64,000 nucleotides of DNA from Camelus dromedarius (lineage: Eukaryota). A model generated the notes under the pieces. It saw nothing but the letters and a program-made list of their open reading frames with translations. It did no database searches and was not told where the DNA came from. Where the stretch lies: positions 91,080,001 through 91,144,000 of the forward strand of contig NC_087436.1 of assembly GCF_036321535.1 (NCBI RefSeq), read 5' to 3'. The position numbers were made by a program, and so were the translations under genes. This document shows, in pieces, positions 39,471 through 51,897 of this stretch (position 1 is the stretch's first letter; the number at the start of each line of letters is the position of its first letter).

Positions 39471-40168
39471 TGCTACGATGCTCTTTGAGAAAGGAGATTA
39501 AACAAGAGCAATTCTATCTTGGAAGGATTGAATAGGAAATAATTCAGAGCATTTATTATGAATTTTATTATTTTTCTTCCTTTTTCTTATAAAAGAAACA
39601 CTTTATGTTTTGTTCTTGCTCATATTCTTTCCTCTATGATGTTTAAAGCATATTTGATATGTTACCTCATTAATCCTGACCAAGATCTATCAGGCATCAG
39701 AACAGAGTATTAGCTTGAGACAGGATATAGAGCCTAAGTAAGAGACGTGAGGCAGGAAGCAAAAACCAGCATCTTAGTTTAAGGGGATCAAGATCTGGAC
39801 TAAGATACAGGATTTTAAGTACCAATATAAGAAAAATGACAAAATAAAAAAATAATTGGAACCAGGGAATAGCCTCAGGGAGAATGCTGACCAAACCTGA
39901 GATTATGCATTGTGTTCAAGGAGATCTGTGTACTTGTCACATAGAAGACGTTGCCTAAATATTTCCATATGTATGGAAAGAAATGGAAATGAAACAATAA
40001 AGAAACGCCAGACGAGGATGCATTTACTGTTCTTCTATTAAGAATCTTTATCCAGCTGTCAGATCTTAATATGTGCCATTTAAAGTACAGGAAGGGACAG
40101 ACTCATATTTATTGATTGTTTAGTGTGTCCTAGGCACAATCCTGGGTACATTTAATCCTTAATAAAAT

Positions 40169-40908
40169 TCAAGTAGTAAATATTAAAATTTCAGTTTTTG
40201 TATAGTGATATTGAGGCACCAAAAGAATAAGAAAGTAGTCCAAAGGGAATAATCCAGAAGCTGGACTGATTTTTCCAAATGCAAAATCTTGGTTGGTGGC
40301 AAGTCTATTGCTAATAAATCTTTTAATTCTTATTCCCAGACTAGTATACACATTTGCAGACATGATTAATTTCATACAAGCAGGAAATGAAGTGAAATAA
40401 GAAAAATGGCTACATGATATCCTATTCTTTGTTCTTGAATACTGGTTCCTTTAGGGGCCAAAGGGCAACATAAGACATTTTATTTGAAATTTAGTCTAGA
40501 AATCTAAATAAACTCTACATGATTTAATTTCAAGCCTGCTGGAAACTGGTTGGACCATTTCTTGGATTCTTTGGGTGATATCATTCCTTTTATTCACACA
40601 CTGTTCAAGGAAGACTAGGTCTGCCTCTCTGCCAAGGCTAAACCCTTCATCAGTTCTCCTGAACCCATGTTTCTTTAGGCTTTCTTCCACTAAACAGCCT
40701 CTCTTTAACATTCTCACTTTTTCCCACAAGCTGCTTTCTTCCAGCCAACAGGCATCCTTATTTTCCTTGACCCCAAAGGGCTTTATGTTAATCCTGATAA
40801 TACAATCTCCATTACTCTCCTCATAGCCAAACTCTGTGAATGATTTCTGCCTACAGTCTTTCTCCTGGCCAACTTTCTGTCCTTTACTAATCAGCTTTTA
40901 CTCTCACA
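40169..40908 (-). pseudogene. Large relic exon (3' boundary uncertain)
   Basis: Acceptor tgtgttacttcag at 40909. One frame from 40897 to 40169 (243 codons) has only 2 internal stops in AT-rich DNA and joins the two ORF-track entries 40496-40729 and 40169-40375. Confidence 0.68.
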
Positions 40909-40924
40909 CTGAAGTAACACAAAC

Positions 40925-41090
40925 CTGGATTCAAGTCCAAGTCTAAACTCTAATAGTTATTAGCTGTGTGCTCTTGGGTGACTAACTTACTCTTCATGAA
41001 TCTCTATCTCCTATTTTGTAAAGCAGGAACAATGTTACTAACATTAATGTTAGAAGCTTAGCTCTTAAGTGAGGATAAGTAAATTTGCTA
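40925..41090 (+). mobile_element. MIR fragment
   Basis: cctggattcaagtcc...ttattagctgtgtgctcttgggtg. Confidence 0.6.
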
Positions 41091-42355
41091 CTAACCTTCA
41101 TCTACTATTACATTTGTATCAGGTATGTTATTGGTGATGTTGGCCATTGTTACATACTCAAGTAGCCTTTTATATAGAGACATTTAACAAATCAATTTGC
41201 TTTCCCAAAGGTTTTTTTTTTTTTTTTTTCTTGTGGATAATTTGAGTCATGTAACTGATCAATTTCACTCCCTCTAGGAAGCTCATTTGTGATATGAGCC
41301 AAATCTGGGTCAACTTTAATAAACCTAAGATACTATGAAATACGTAATTATGTTCTAACTTTCATACTGGTCTCAATTTTGTATGCTATATTGTCCCTAT
41401 CCTGACTTTTTCTATTTATGTTTTACTACAAGCCACTTTTTGAAACAAGTCAGGGCAAAGATTTGTAGATGAAAAATTGAATAGGTAGAAGAGTAGATAG
41501 GTAGATCTACTAGATGGTAATAACTAGTCCTGGTTTTGCTCATACTATAATTTAGATTTGAAATACCCACACTCTGCCATCTTATGAAATCTACCCTCTT
41601 CCTACTCCTTTTAACATTTTCTAGTCCTGTGATCAGAAGTGCTCGCTGTCTTTCTGCTGACCCTCATATCACTTTGAGTATTCTTCCATTGAAACATTAA
41701 CTTTACTCCTCCCTGTAATTCAATCACTGGTTATTTGTGGGCTTTTAAAATTCTCCTTTCCCATGTTGTAAGTTTTTAATGATGAGGGTACATGTTCTGT
41801 TCATTTTTTATAACCCACAGGGCACTTAGCAGAGCATGTAATTGATATTCAACAAATACTCATTGAATTTTATTAAAATTAACTTGGTATGAACTTAGAC
41901 TTTAAAGCTACCTCAGAATTTATTTAAACTGTGTGTATAACCCAAACATAAATACCATCTTTTTTTCCCCAATATTTGGGCTGAAAAAAAAATAATGGTT
42001 TCCTTATATTTGATTAATTTCCCTGACATTGGGCAGAAAATTTAAAATTCTGGTTTCATAGATGGCCATGTACCAAGCCATATTATATTTACTGCTTTTC
42101 TAATCTTTGAATAAATAAATAACATGATTAATACGGAGTAAAATGAGAATAAGATCAGTAATAATGAGAAAAAAATGGGCATAGTGAGTACTGCCAGACA
42201 AGGAGCCAGTACTTTTGTAGAGAGAAGGGTAAATTTTGGAACACAGAGATTGAAATTTACACAGTGGAGCTGTATCCATTATAGAGGAGAGAAAATTGTT
42301 GAAAAACTGGGCAACAAGTACATTTTTAAGTGTTCACAGATGTATTTGTGCTTAC

Positions 42356-42476
42356 TAGGTCAGCATCAGAAAGATGAAAAGAAATGATTAACTGAGGGAG
42401 AATGAAGACTTGCAGATGTTGTTGAAAGAAAGAGGCAGAGGAGGGTTCTGGATTAACTGGAGCAAAGGCAAATTGG
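42356..42476 (-). pseudogene. Relic exon
   Basis: Acceptor ttgcttcag, donor CTA|GTAAGC; open frame QFAFAPVNPEPSSASFFQQHLQVFILPQLIISFHLSDADL; phase 2 to 0. Confidence 0.55.
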
Positions 42477-42779
42477 CTGAAGCAATTTATTAGAGCAGAA
42501 TAAATGATCAAAATGGAGATTCCTATTAAAAATGAAGGAAAACACCTGGCTGTCCTTTCATGTATTTAAATATTGGCTTATGATTTCAGACAGCCATACT
42601 ATTCAGTTCGCTGCTTGGGCACATGTGTCTGCCTCTTCATGTTTATAGGTCCCCGTACATCACAATTAGCTAAGAAAAGTCTGTGAAATGTGTGCCACAG
42701 TGAAATACAAGGGCTCTATTTAGAGCTCTCTCTCTATAATTATCATAAAGGTTGTAGTGATACTTGGCTCTTAGAGCTT

Positions 42780-43295
42780 TGGTGGCAGATTTTACTTTGC
42801 AGAAATGGCCATTGATATTTTCGGTCCCACAGGCTCTTACAGAATGTTTCTACTCTCCCTCCAAGCAGTACAGTTCATATTTTCTCCCCATAAAACTGGG
42901 AGGGCCTTTGTGGCTGCCTTGCTTAATAAAATAAGTGAGTGAAGTGAGTGATACTTGGTTACTTCTTAGGCTAGGTTATAAATCACAATACAGCTTCTGC
43001 TTGGTGCTCTCTTCTTGGGTTGTGCAACTTTGGAGCCCTGAGTCACCAAGATGGGAGGACCACATGCACAGACCACATAGAAAGAAAGAGAGAGCAAAAA
43101 GTCCCAACTATTCAAGCTCTCAGCTGGTTGGGTCTTCAGTCACCGGGTGACTCCAGTCCCAGTCACTTGTCTGACTGAAGCCTAAGCAAGAACCGCCCAG
43201 CTGAGCCCAGAACCATAAAGATAATGAAAAAGTCATTGTTGTTTAAGCCACTGTATTTTGGGTTATTTGTTGTGCAGCAGTAGATCATCAGAACG
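42780..43295 (+). mobile_element. MaLR (MLT1-like) LTR
   Basis: ggctaggttataa...cagcttctgcttgg...gcccagctgagcccag...ttgttgtttaagccactgtattttggg...gcagcagtagat. Confidence 0.7.
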
Positions 43296-44369
43296 GTATT
43301 TCTCAAAACATATCAGGATGTGTATATTTTACTATCTAGGAAAGTGAACAGGAAAGATACTTGCTCTGGTCACTTAGTAAATCTGCGTCACTGTTAAGGA
43401 TGGGATTAGAATTCAGTTTCTGGCTCTTGCTCAGGTCTGTGGTCCACTTTGGTTACGAGAGGGGGAAACACAATCCACCCTGACATTCATTGGCATGAAA
43501 AGTTATAACACAGAATGCACTCTAAAGCTAGATTTGTAAAGAGCTGTTTACCAAATAACAAAGCGTACTATAATGGGTACTCATTAGCTCAATTTACACC
43601 TGGTATGCGAATGCTCTCCCAGATTGAAGCTTGTGCTTTAATTGTATTTTTAAAACCTGATTTGCCTGATGTACTTTTTAAAGCAGAATCTGGAGATACA
43701 CAGATATCAATATTTTCTTGTTTAGCAGTACATGGAAAAATTAAATAGCACCACAAATGTGTGTGAGTAGTCTCACTGCTAATTAGTCATGCTGTAGATA
43801 AACAGCTACAATGGTTTTAAGCTTCCTGTATGCAGAACACTGAACTGGAAATAAAATAACTGGAGGAGAGTCTCTGTTTGCAAAGTTTGTTACCCAGGTG
43901 GAGATACTAAACAGACACATGCGAAGGATAATTCAGAACACTTAGAAGCCAAATATAAACAAACTGTCTTTTGTACAGCTATATTTATGTGCTGAGGGAA
44001 CCAAGAGTAAAGTGGTAGACAGAACTTTTTTTCTGAAAAATTATACAGATCCAGCACACTTACATTTGCATGTTTCAAACTCAAGTTATGAATTATGCAT
44101 TTCTAAATATTTAAGCTTTTAGTGATAAGGTGCTAGATTCACTGTCCTTGTTATTGAAAGCTATTAAGTTGAATCATATGAAATTGCCAATTTTTGACAG
44201 TTTTTATAAACTTGGCATTTTGGTGAAGATTCTGTCCCAGGCTCAGCCACCCCTATCATGGACTTTAGTCATTTGATGTATCTTTAGTTATGCTTAAAAA
44301 AAAAAATCTCAATGAGGAGAGAAGCAGTTTTCTAGTAAATAAATACATACTATGTTGTATTTTTTTCTA

Positions 44370-44484
44370 CTTTTTAAGGGGGGGGATTAGGTTTGTTTGT
44401 TTATTTAATGGAGGTGCTGAGGATTGAACCCAGGACCTCGTGTGTGCTAGGCATGCACTCTACCACTGAGCTATACCCTCCCCC
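44370..44484 (-). mobile_element. tRNA-derived SINE (camelid Vic-1-like)
   Basis: Reverse complement GGGGAGGGTATAGCTCAGTGGTAGAG...GGTTCAATCC...; Pol III A and B boxes, then aaataaacaaacaaacctaatcccc and an A-rich tail. Confidence 0.8.
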
Positions 44485-44687
44485 ACTTAAAAATAATACT
44501 ATATATAGTATATCAAACTATCAGCATTCCCATCCACACACTACATTTATAATTTTTAATAGTAGATTACCTGAGGGCATTTATTTTAAACTTTTTAATT
44601 GCTTCTTTTTAGATTTAAGATAGTTATCAAGCATTTTACTGACTGAGTTCTTTAGATTGAAAGATTAATTTCACAAATCCAACTCAC

Positions 44688-44812
44688 CTTGTGTTCCCAT
44701 TGGAGACAAGCATCATGGGAGAAGTAAGGAATTTAAAATATTTTTGTTCCATAGTAGCTTGAGAAGCATCAAGTGCCTTACAGTCATTATTTAAATAATC
44801 CTCTTGACCAAC
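44688..44812 (-). pseudogene. Relic exon
   Basis: Acceptor ttctgtcctacctcctag|G, donor AAG|GTGAGT; open frame VGQEDYLNNDCKALDASQATMEQKYFKFLTSPMMLVSNGNT; phase 0 to 2. Confidence 0.72.
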
Positions 44813-46012
44813 CTAGGAGGTAGGACAGAATGTTTAGAAGTGTAAGAAATGACTGAATTTCTGCTATGATTAGTTTATTTTAATAATGGAGTCAAACTCA
44901 TCAGTTACTGGTCTGTTGGTTATAGTAATAATTTAAGGAAAGTTTGTAATTTGGGGGCATTTGCAAGGGAAAATCTGACATCAGAATGAACATTACTCTG
45001 TTTTAGAATCTTCTTCCAATCAGTGAAACCTTTTTTTTTTTTTAAATTGCAGCACAGAATTGATATATTTTATATTATGCATATAATATATATATATATT
45101 ATATGTATAATTGGTTTTAGGCTCCTGGTTTATGTTATTTGTTGGGTCTTAGATTCCATCTTGGATCCAAATATTAGCCCCACTGTTCAGCCAAAAATTT
45201 TTATCCAGAATGTCCTAAGGTTATGGGGAATTATGTTGCCTTGCCCCTGCCCCCAAGCTTTGAGGAGCTAAGCAGCGTTTCAGGGAGGCAGCCAGTTGGG
45301 CAAGATGAAATACTAGGTCATCTGTTGCTAAACTACCCCCAACACATACATCCCATGCACATATTATATATTAAGTTACATAGCCACGGCCAAAAACATG
45401 ACCTTTACATGATATGTTACTATGAAAATGGCTTACAAGTGATTTTTTTTCATAAATATCTATTGAGCACTTTTTATTTGCCAAGCATTATATTGAGTGC
45501 TTAGATATGCTGAATCATAATCTATTGGTCATTTCATTAATTTCTTTGGGTATTAATTTAATAGAATTTTACCACCTGTCACCCTAACCTTTAATAGTCC
45601 TTCTATAATTTATAATATAGAACAAGGGCTCATATGACTTTATATTAAGATATCTAAATTGCTGAAATATGCTCCAAAACAAATGCATCAAACACTGATA
45701 GTCTAGGTTCCCTGAATAGTTCATTTGCAAAGTTTATCACTTCATAGCATCATTGAAATTCTCAAAACTGATAGGTACGATTTTGCAGTGAGCTAGCTTT
45801 TATACTCTGCTTTCTAGCTTTCCCCAGGTTCTACAGCAGTTGTTGCATTTGATGATGCTCCTTCCTGTCCTATATATTATCTTGTTCCTACCAAGGGTGA
45901 CCCTGCTCTGGCAGCAGACCTTTTATTTCTTACCTTACAGGGGCCATAGGCCCTTGGGTTGGCCTGCTTCTCACAAGAATGATGTGTGTAGCAAAGCTTG
46001 CCCATATCTCAC

Positions 46013-46199
46013 CTTTATGGGGGTGTGATGGGTGTCAAGCGGAAACCACAACTCTGCCAATGATAGGATATCTATTATTTCTTTCTTCTTTTTAGAACTT
46101 TTCCTCTTTTTTCGTCCTGAGAGGTGCTCCATGATCCCCATTCCATGTGTTAATGATTCTAATCAAGGGTTGAATGTGAGATTCCTCTCATTACAAGTC
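46013..46199 (-). pseudogene. Relic exon (may extend upstream to ~46240)
   Basis: Donor AAG|GTGAGA. (SFKRFYDR)TCNERNLTFNP*LESL...KKKKEIIDILSLAELWFPLDTHHTPIK; 1 stop in 62 codons; ends phase 0. Confidence 0.65.
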
Positions 46200-46282
46200 C
46201 TGTCATAAAATCTTTTAAAAGACATGCTGTCTTACCTAATCCTCAGAATAGGTAGATATATTAGAGTCACAAATGCTCTAGA

Positions 46283-46595
46283 GCTCTGCTGAACAACACA
46301 GCAGCCACTAGCCACACGTGGCTACTGAGCACATGAAATATGGCTGGTCCAAAATGAGATGTGCTATATGTGTAAAATACACACCATATTTTGAAGCCTA
46401 AGGATGGAAAAAAAATCATGTTATTAATATATTTTGTATGAGTATGTATTGAAATGATAATATTTTGGATATATTAGGCTAAATAAATGATATTATTAAA
46501 ATAATTTCACCTATTTTATTTTTCCTTTTTTAATGTGGTTACTAGAACATTTAAAATTAGATATGTGGTTCACATATTTTTATAGGACACCACTG
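46283..46595. mobile_element. MER33-like hAT element
   Basis: gcagccactagccacacgtggctactgagcac...tttaatgtggttactagaacatttaaaatt; flanks ctctagag/ctctaaaa resemble an 8-bp TSD. Confidence 0.8.
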
Positions 46596-47244
46596 CTCTA
46601 AAAACTTCAAAGCTCTTGGTACAGGAAAGAATCTCAGGCTTTTTGCTTAGAATTACAAGTACTTGATGGCTTTTTTGTTGTTGTTGTTGTTTTGTTGAAT
46701 TGTTGTTTGTTTTTTTTTTTCCTGTAAAACTTTCAATTCCCTTGAACAAGATAAACAGATACCAGATGGGTTCCTGAAAATTAGAAGTGCATTTGGCCTT
46801 CTATACAAACAAGCTAAAAGGGATAATTAGATCACAGTAAAAAGACTGAACAAAATTGAAAAAAAGAAAAGAACAGAACAGGACCAAGGTAAGTTCAATC
46901 AATGCAATGATGCCAACGTTGAGGACGATGAAGTGTAACAAGAGAGGAACAGCAATGGCTAAAGACAGGGAAGGACACATTGCAGGTGGTGTGGGGAGGT
47001 TCAGGATGGAGGGGCCGTGTTATTGCAGGCCATGGGGTGAGACAATTGGAAGAAAGACAGAGCTACTGTAGTCAGTTATCTGCTTTGGGATCTCAGGTAT
47101 GTCTAGTAAGGGTGTGGCTCTGCTCTCATCCCTCAGAACAATGGTGTGAAACAGACATAATAAACACAGTGAACTCCATCAAACTTGAATGGCTATGTTA
47201 CTGGACACATCATCACAGTGAGAAGTCTCTGGTCTTTATTAGTT

Positions 47245-47370
47245 CCACTGTACCCATAAGGAAACTAAGGTCAGAGCAGTTAAGTAACTTGCTCAAATTA
47301 CAAAGCCAGGTAGAGACAAAGGTCCATTTTTAATCCAGTTCTACCTGACTTTAAATCTCATTGTTACCTT
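47245..47370 (-). mobile_element. MIR fragment
   Basis: ataaggaaactaaggtcagagcagttaagtaacttgctcaa. Confidence 0.65.
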
Positions 47371-47959
47371 CTGTGTTCTTCCTCTTCTATCAAAGAAGAT
47401 ACATCTCCTGCCTTTAGGTATAACTCTCCACTTAATAAAGAAATAGTTAATTTGTTATTTTAAATGACAAATTATTATCATCTTGACTCTGATTATCCTT
47501 TTTGGTTAGTTTGCTGTGCTTTTAGAAACACAGTTTTGATTGTGTTATTTTAAAAGTTCTGGGAATGTGAGGTGCTCTGCTGTAGTCTGTAGTCAGAGAA
47601 GTCTGGTGTCTTGTCTGTGCACTGCAATACAAGATCTTAAGGACCCCATCTTTGAGATCAAATTGGCCTAGGCAACACTAATGGTGTCTGTGGCTTAGAG
47701 CAAGATGGTCCTAACGATAGTATTTGGTGTTGATTCCTTAGTTCACCAAAATGCTTGCTCCGAGAATGTCTCTTTCTTGCTTTTCCTTCTCCTTTAGATC
47801 TGAGTTTGTTTTAATCAAATTCTGTTCTTACTTTTCTGGATTTTAATTGTGAAGAACTAAGTCTTATTCATGTCTGCAATCTCATCACATAGCCCAGGGT
47901 CTAGCACAGAGCTGATGCCATGTCATCCACTCATGGTAGGAACATATTCTTTTGCAGTG

Positions 47960-48330
47960 AACATTCAACAAATAGAAACCATCTCTTAACAGGCTAGGCA
48001 CAATGCTGGGGATAGAATAGTGCATGTGGTTGTATGCCGTACTTACAATCTGATGGGAAACAGTGACACATCAGTGTGATAAACCCTGCCCTTGTGTAAG
48101 CATAGGGTACTGTGGGAACACATGACTTGGTAAAAATCTGAAAGCTTTCTAGAGGAAGTGCTATTTAAGCTGAAATCTTGGGGAAGCATTAAACAGGGGG
48201 AAAGGATTAGGAAACTGGTGGAAAAGGAAAGGCATGCCTAGCCGAAAGACAGACTGATCGGTAAAGACTTTGTGGACCTGCAATTTGTTCAGTTTGGAGT
48301 TTGGTGGGAGGGTATAATTGGGGGAGACGG
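47960..48330 (-). mobile_element. LINE-2 fragment
   Basis: cattcaacaaat...ctaggcacaatgctggggatag...gcttttctagaggaagtgctatttaagctga. Confidence 0.6.
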
Positions 48331-50278
48331 TAAGAGTAAGAGAATTATGGAGATGGAAGAGATTAAGGAAAACTGTTCAATCATTGTCAAAAGAATTATT
48401 TAAAAAATAATACATCACAGTGCAATTCATTAAGAAATTCTGAGATGATTCATCTAGAGTACACATTTTAGGCCATTTCATCTTATGACCATATTTTATG
48501 TAATTAAAAAATTAAAATGGATTTCAACCTGATTATATTTGAGACCTCGTATTCATATATACATATGCATATATATTATATATCCACTTCATTATGATTC
48601 TATGGTCTATAACATACCTATCATTAGGGACACTTACCTCTTGATAAATGGGCTTCATTAGTAGTAGTTTGAGGCTTATTTATTCATCTATAAAGGTTAT
48701 AAAGCTTCTATTAATTCATTTTCCAGGAACAATTAATTAATTAATTAACTAACTAATTTTTCAGGAACCATTATTTCAAATTCCAGATGCTTTCTGATGT
48801 TAACTTTTAAGTGAAGAAGGCTAAAATCAATTCTACTTCTTAATTAGATCAGTGTATAAATTTGGGGGGAGGCAATAGGCTTGCATAAGAGGATTGCATA
48901 AAGATGCATAATACAGACCTAGTTTTAAATGTATGTATTATTTTCTTTCATTGGTCCATTAGGTTCTCTCAGTCTCAGGTAATCTAACTTCAAAACTGAT
49001 AGAGCATTTTCTGGGGATGTGGTTTATAAGGATCAATGAATTAAATATAGTCTGTAATGCTTAAAATAATTTATTAATTATTTATAAAAACTTTTAGGTT
49101 ATGTTATCTCAAATTCAGTACTTTTCTGTGGTGGATTCAAAGAGAAGGAATCTTAAGTAGTGATTCAAATTTTCAAGACATTAAAATCTGTACATTATTT
49201 TATATTATTTTTATTATTTTATGGGTAAAGTTCATCTATAATACTATGATAATTTTTCAAGCAAACTACTTGTGCCACAGTATACTCTTTTCACGTTTGT
49301 ACTTTATAAAGCAATCATTCTTTATGTTTCTGAACACAAAAGGATGCCTCAGGATGAATAGCCACAAGAAGGAAGATTTCTCATTTGCATTTCTTTCCTC
49401 ACTCTTTATCACAAATAATGCTTATCTTACGACTGTACCTGTGCTGTGTACAAATGGAAATTAAAGTGAGCTTAAATTCATATAATTTTCCTTTGTTACT
49501 GGACTCTTGGGGTTAGAAGACATAAGCCCCTTCTCTTGCCCTATGGAGTTGAAAGGGAAATGGAGAGATTAATGAAGGGACCGATGAGGATCAGAAATTA
49601 GGAACAAGTGGAGTAAGTTTCCTCCCTGGATTTGTCCCTTCCTCCCGAAACATTTACTAAGCATTTACTATGAGTCAAGTACTGAACAGATGAAAGGAGA
49701 AAACAGTTACATTACATACAATCCTTTGTTAGTTTTGTGAACTGATATCATATTTCAGTTTTAGAAATTCTTCAACTATATGTAGCGCATGCAGTTAAAT
49801 ACGAAGTTATGACATCTGAATGTAACAGAGGTTGGGGCATTTCACTCCTCACTTCAAAAACTTACAAAACCACTACAAGAGAGCTACCCCCACGTAGTCT
49901 TTTGGCAATCACTGCTCTCACGCCAACATTTGTAGTAATTTCAGATTAGGAGCCTAGCATTTTTATTATAATCCATACCTTCACCCCACTTCCCAATTTA
50001 ATGCAAGCGTAAAAAAAATAGTTTTACAGAGCGAACAGAATGAGAGAGGAAGGGATGGATGGACGGACGGAAGGAGGAATGAAATGAATGAAGAAAAGAT
50101 GCTGTCCTTTTTTCTGTTTTGTTTTTGGTTCCCTGCCCGCTTCTCCAGGCTCGCTGTCAAGTAGCATCACCTCCAGGCTCGGCCCTCGGCCCCGCCCCCT
50201 AGCGTCGGAGCCCCGCGGCCAGAGGCTGGCGCCTATCTCTTTAAATGACAGCTGTGGCTCGGGTCCCAGTCTGGGGCT

Positions 50279-50286
50279 TGACGTCA
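50279..50286. promoter_or_regulatory. Full palindromic cAMP response element (TGACGTCA)
   Basis: Exact consensus within the promoter CpG island. Confidence 0.7.
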
Positions 50287-50433
50287 GTGCAGCCTCCCCA
50301 GCCGCGAGGAGTAGTTAGCGCCACCGTCCGCGCTCGGGGCTCGCGCCGCGCTCGCCAGCTACTGGGGCGGCGAGTTTTCTTTGCTCCGGCCCCTCCTCCC
50401 GCCCTCCCCGTGGAGAGCCGAGCGGCAGCCTAA

Positions 50434-51897
<1,464 letters not shown>

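Larger units (their letters stand above)
22388..46240 (-). pseudogene. Degenerate multi-exon gene with RGS-like motifs (candidate unitary pseudogene)
   Basis: At least 12 exon-like segments with polypyrimidine-AG acceptors and GT/GC donors, compatible phases and few stop codons; translation has RGS-like motifs. See exon entries and findings. Confidence 0.72.

Noticed and set aside
39897..39970. Additional minus-strand relic exon
   Set aside because: Needs a mutated acceptor (TAC instead of TAG); frame is ambiguous.
43552..43689. Additional minus-strand relic exon (138 nt, phase 2 to 2)
   Set aside because: Phase-compatible with a fair acceptor, but four stops in the required frame; not listed as a feature.
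44410..44484. tRNA gene
   Set aside because: A and B boxes are present, but it continues into a SINE tail and has no convincing cloverleaf.
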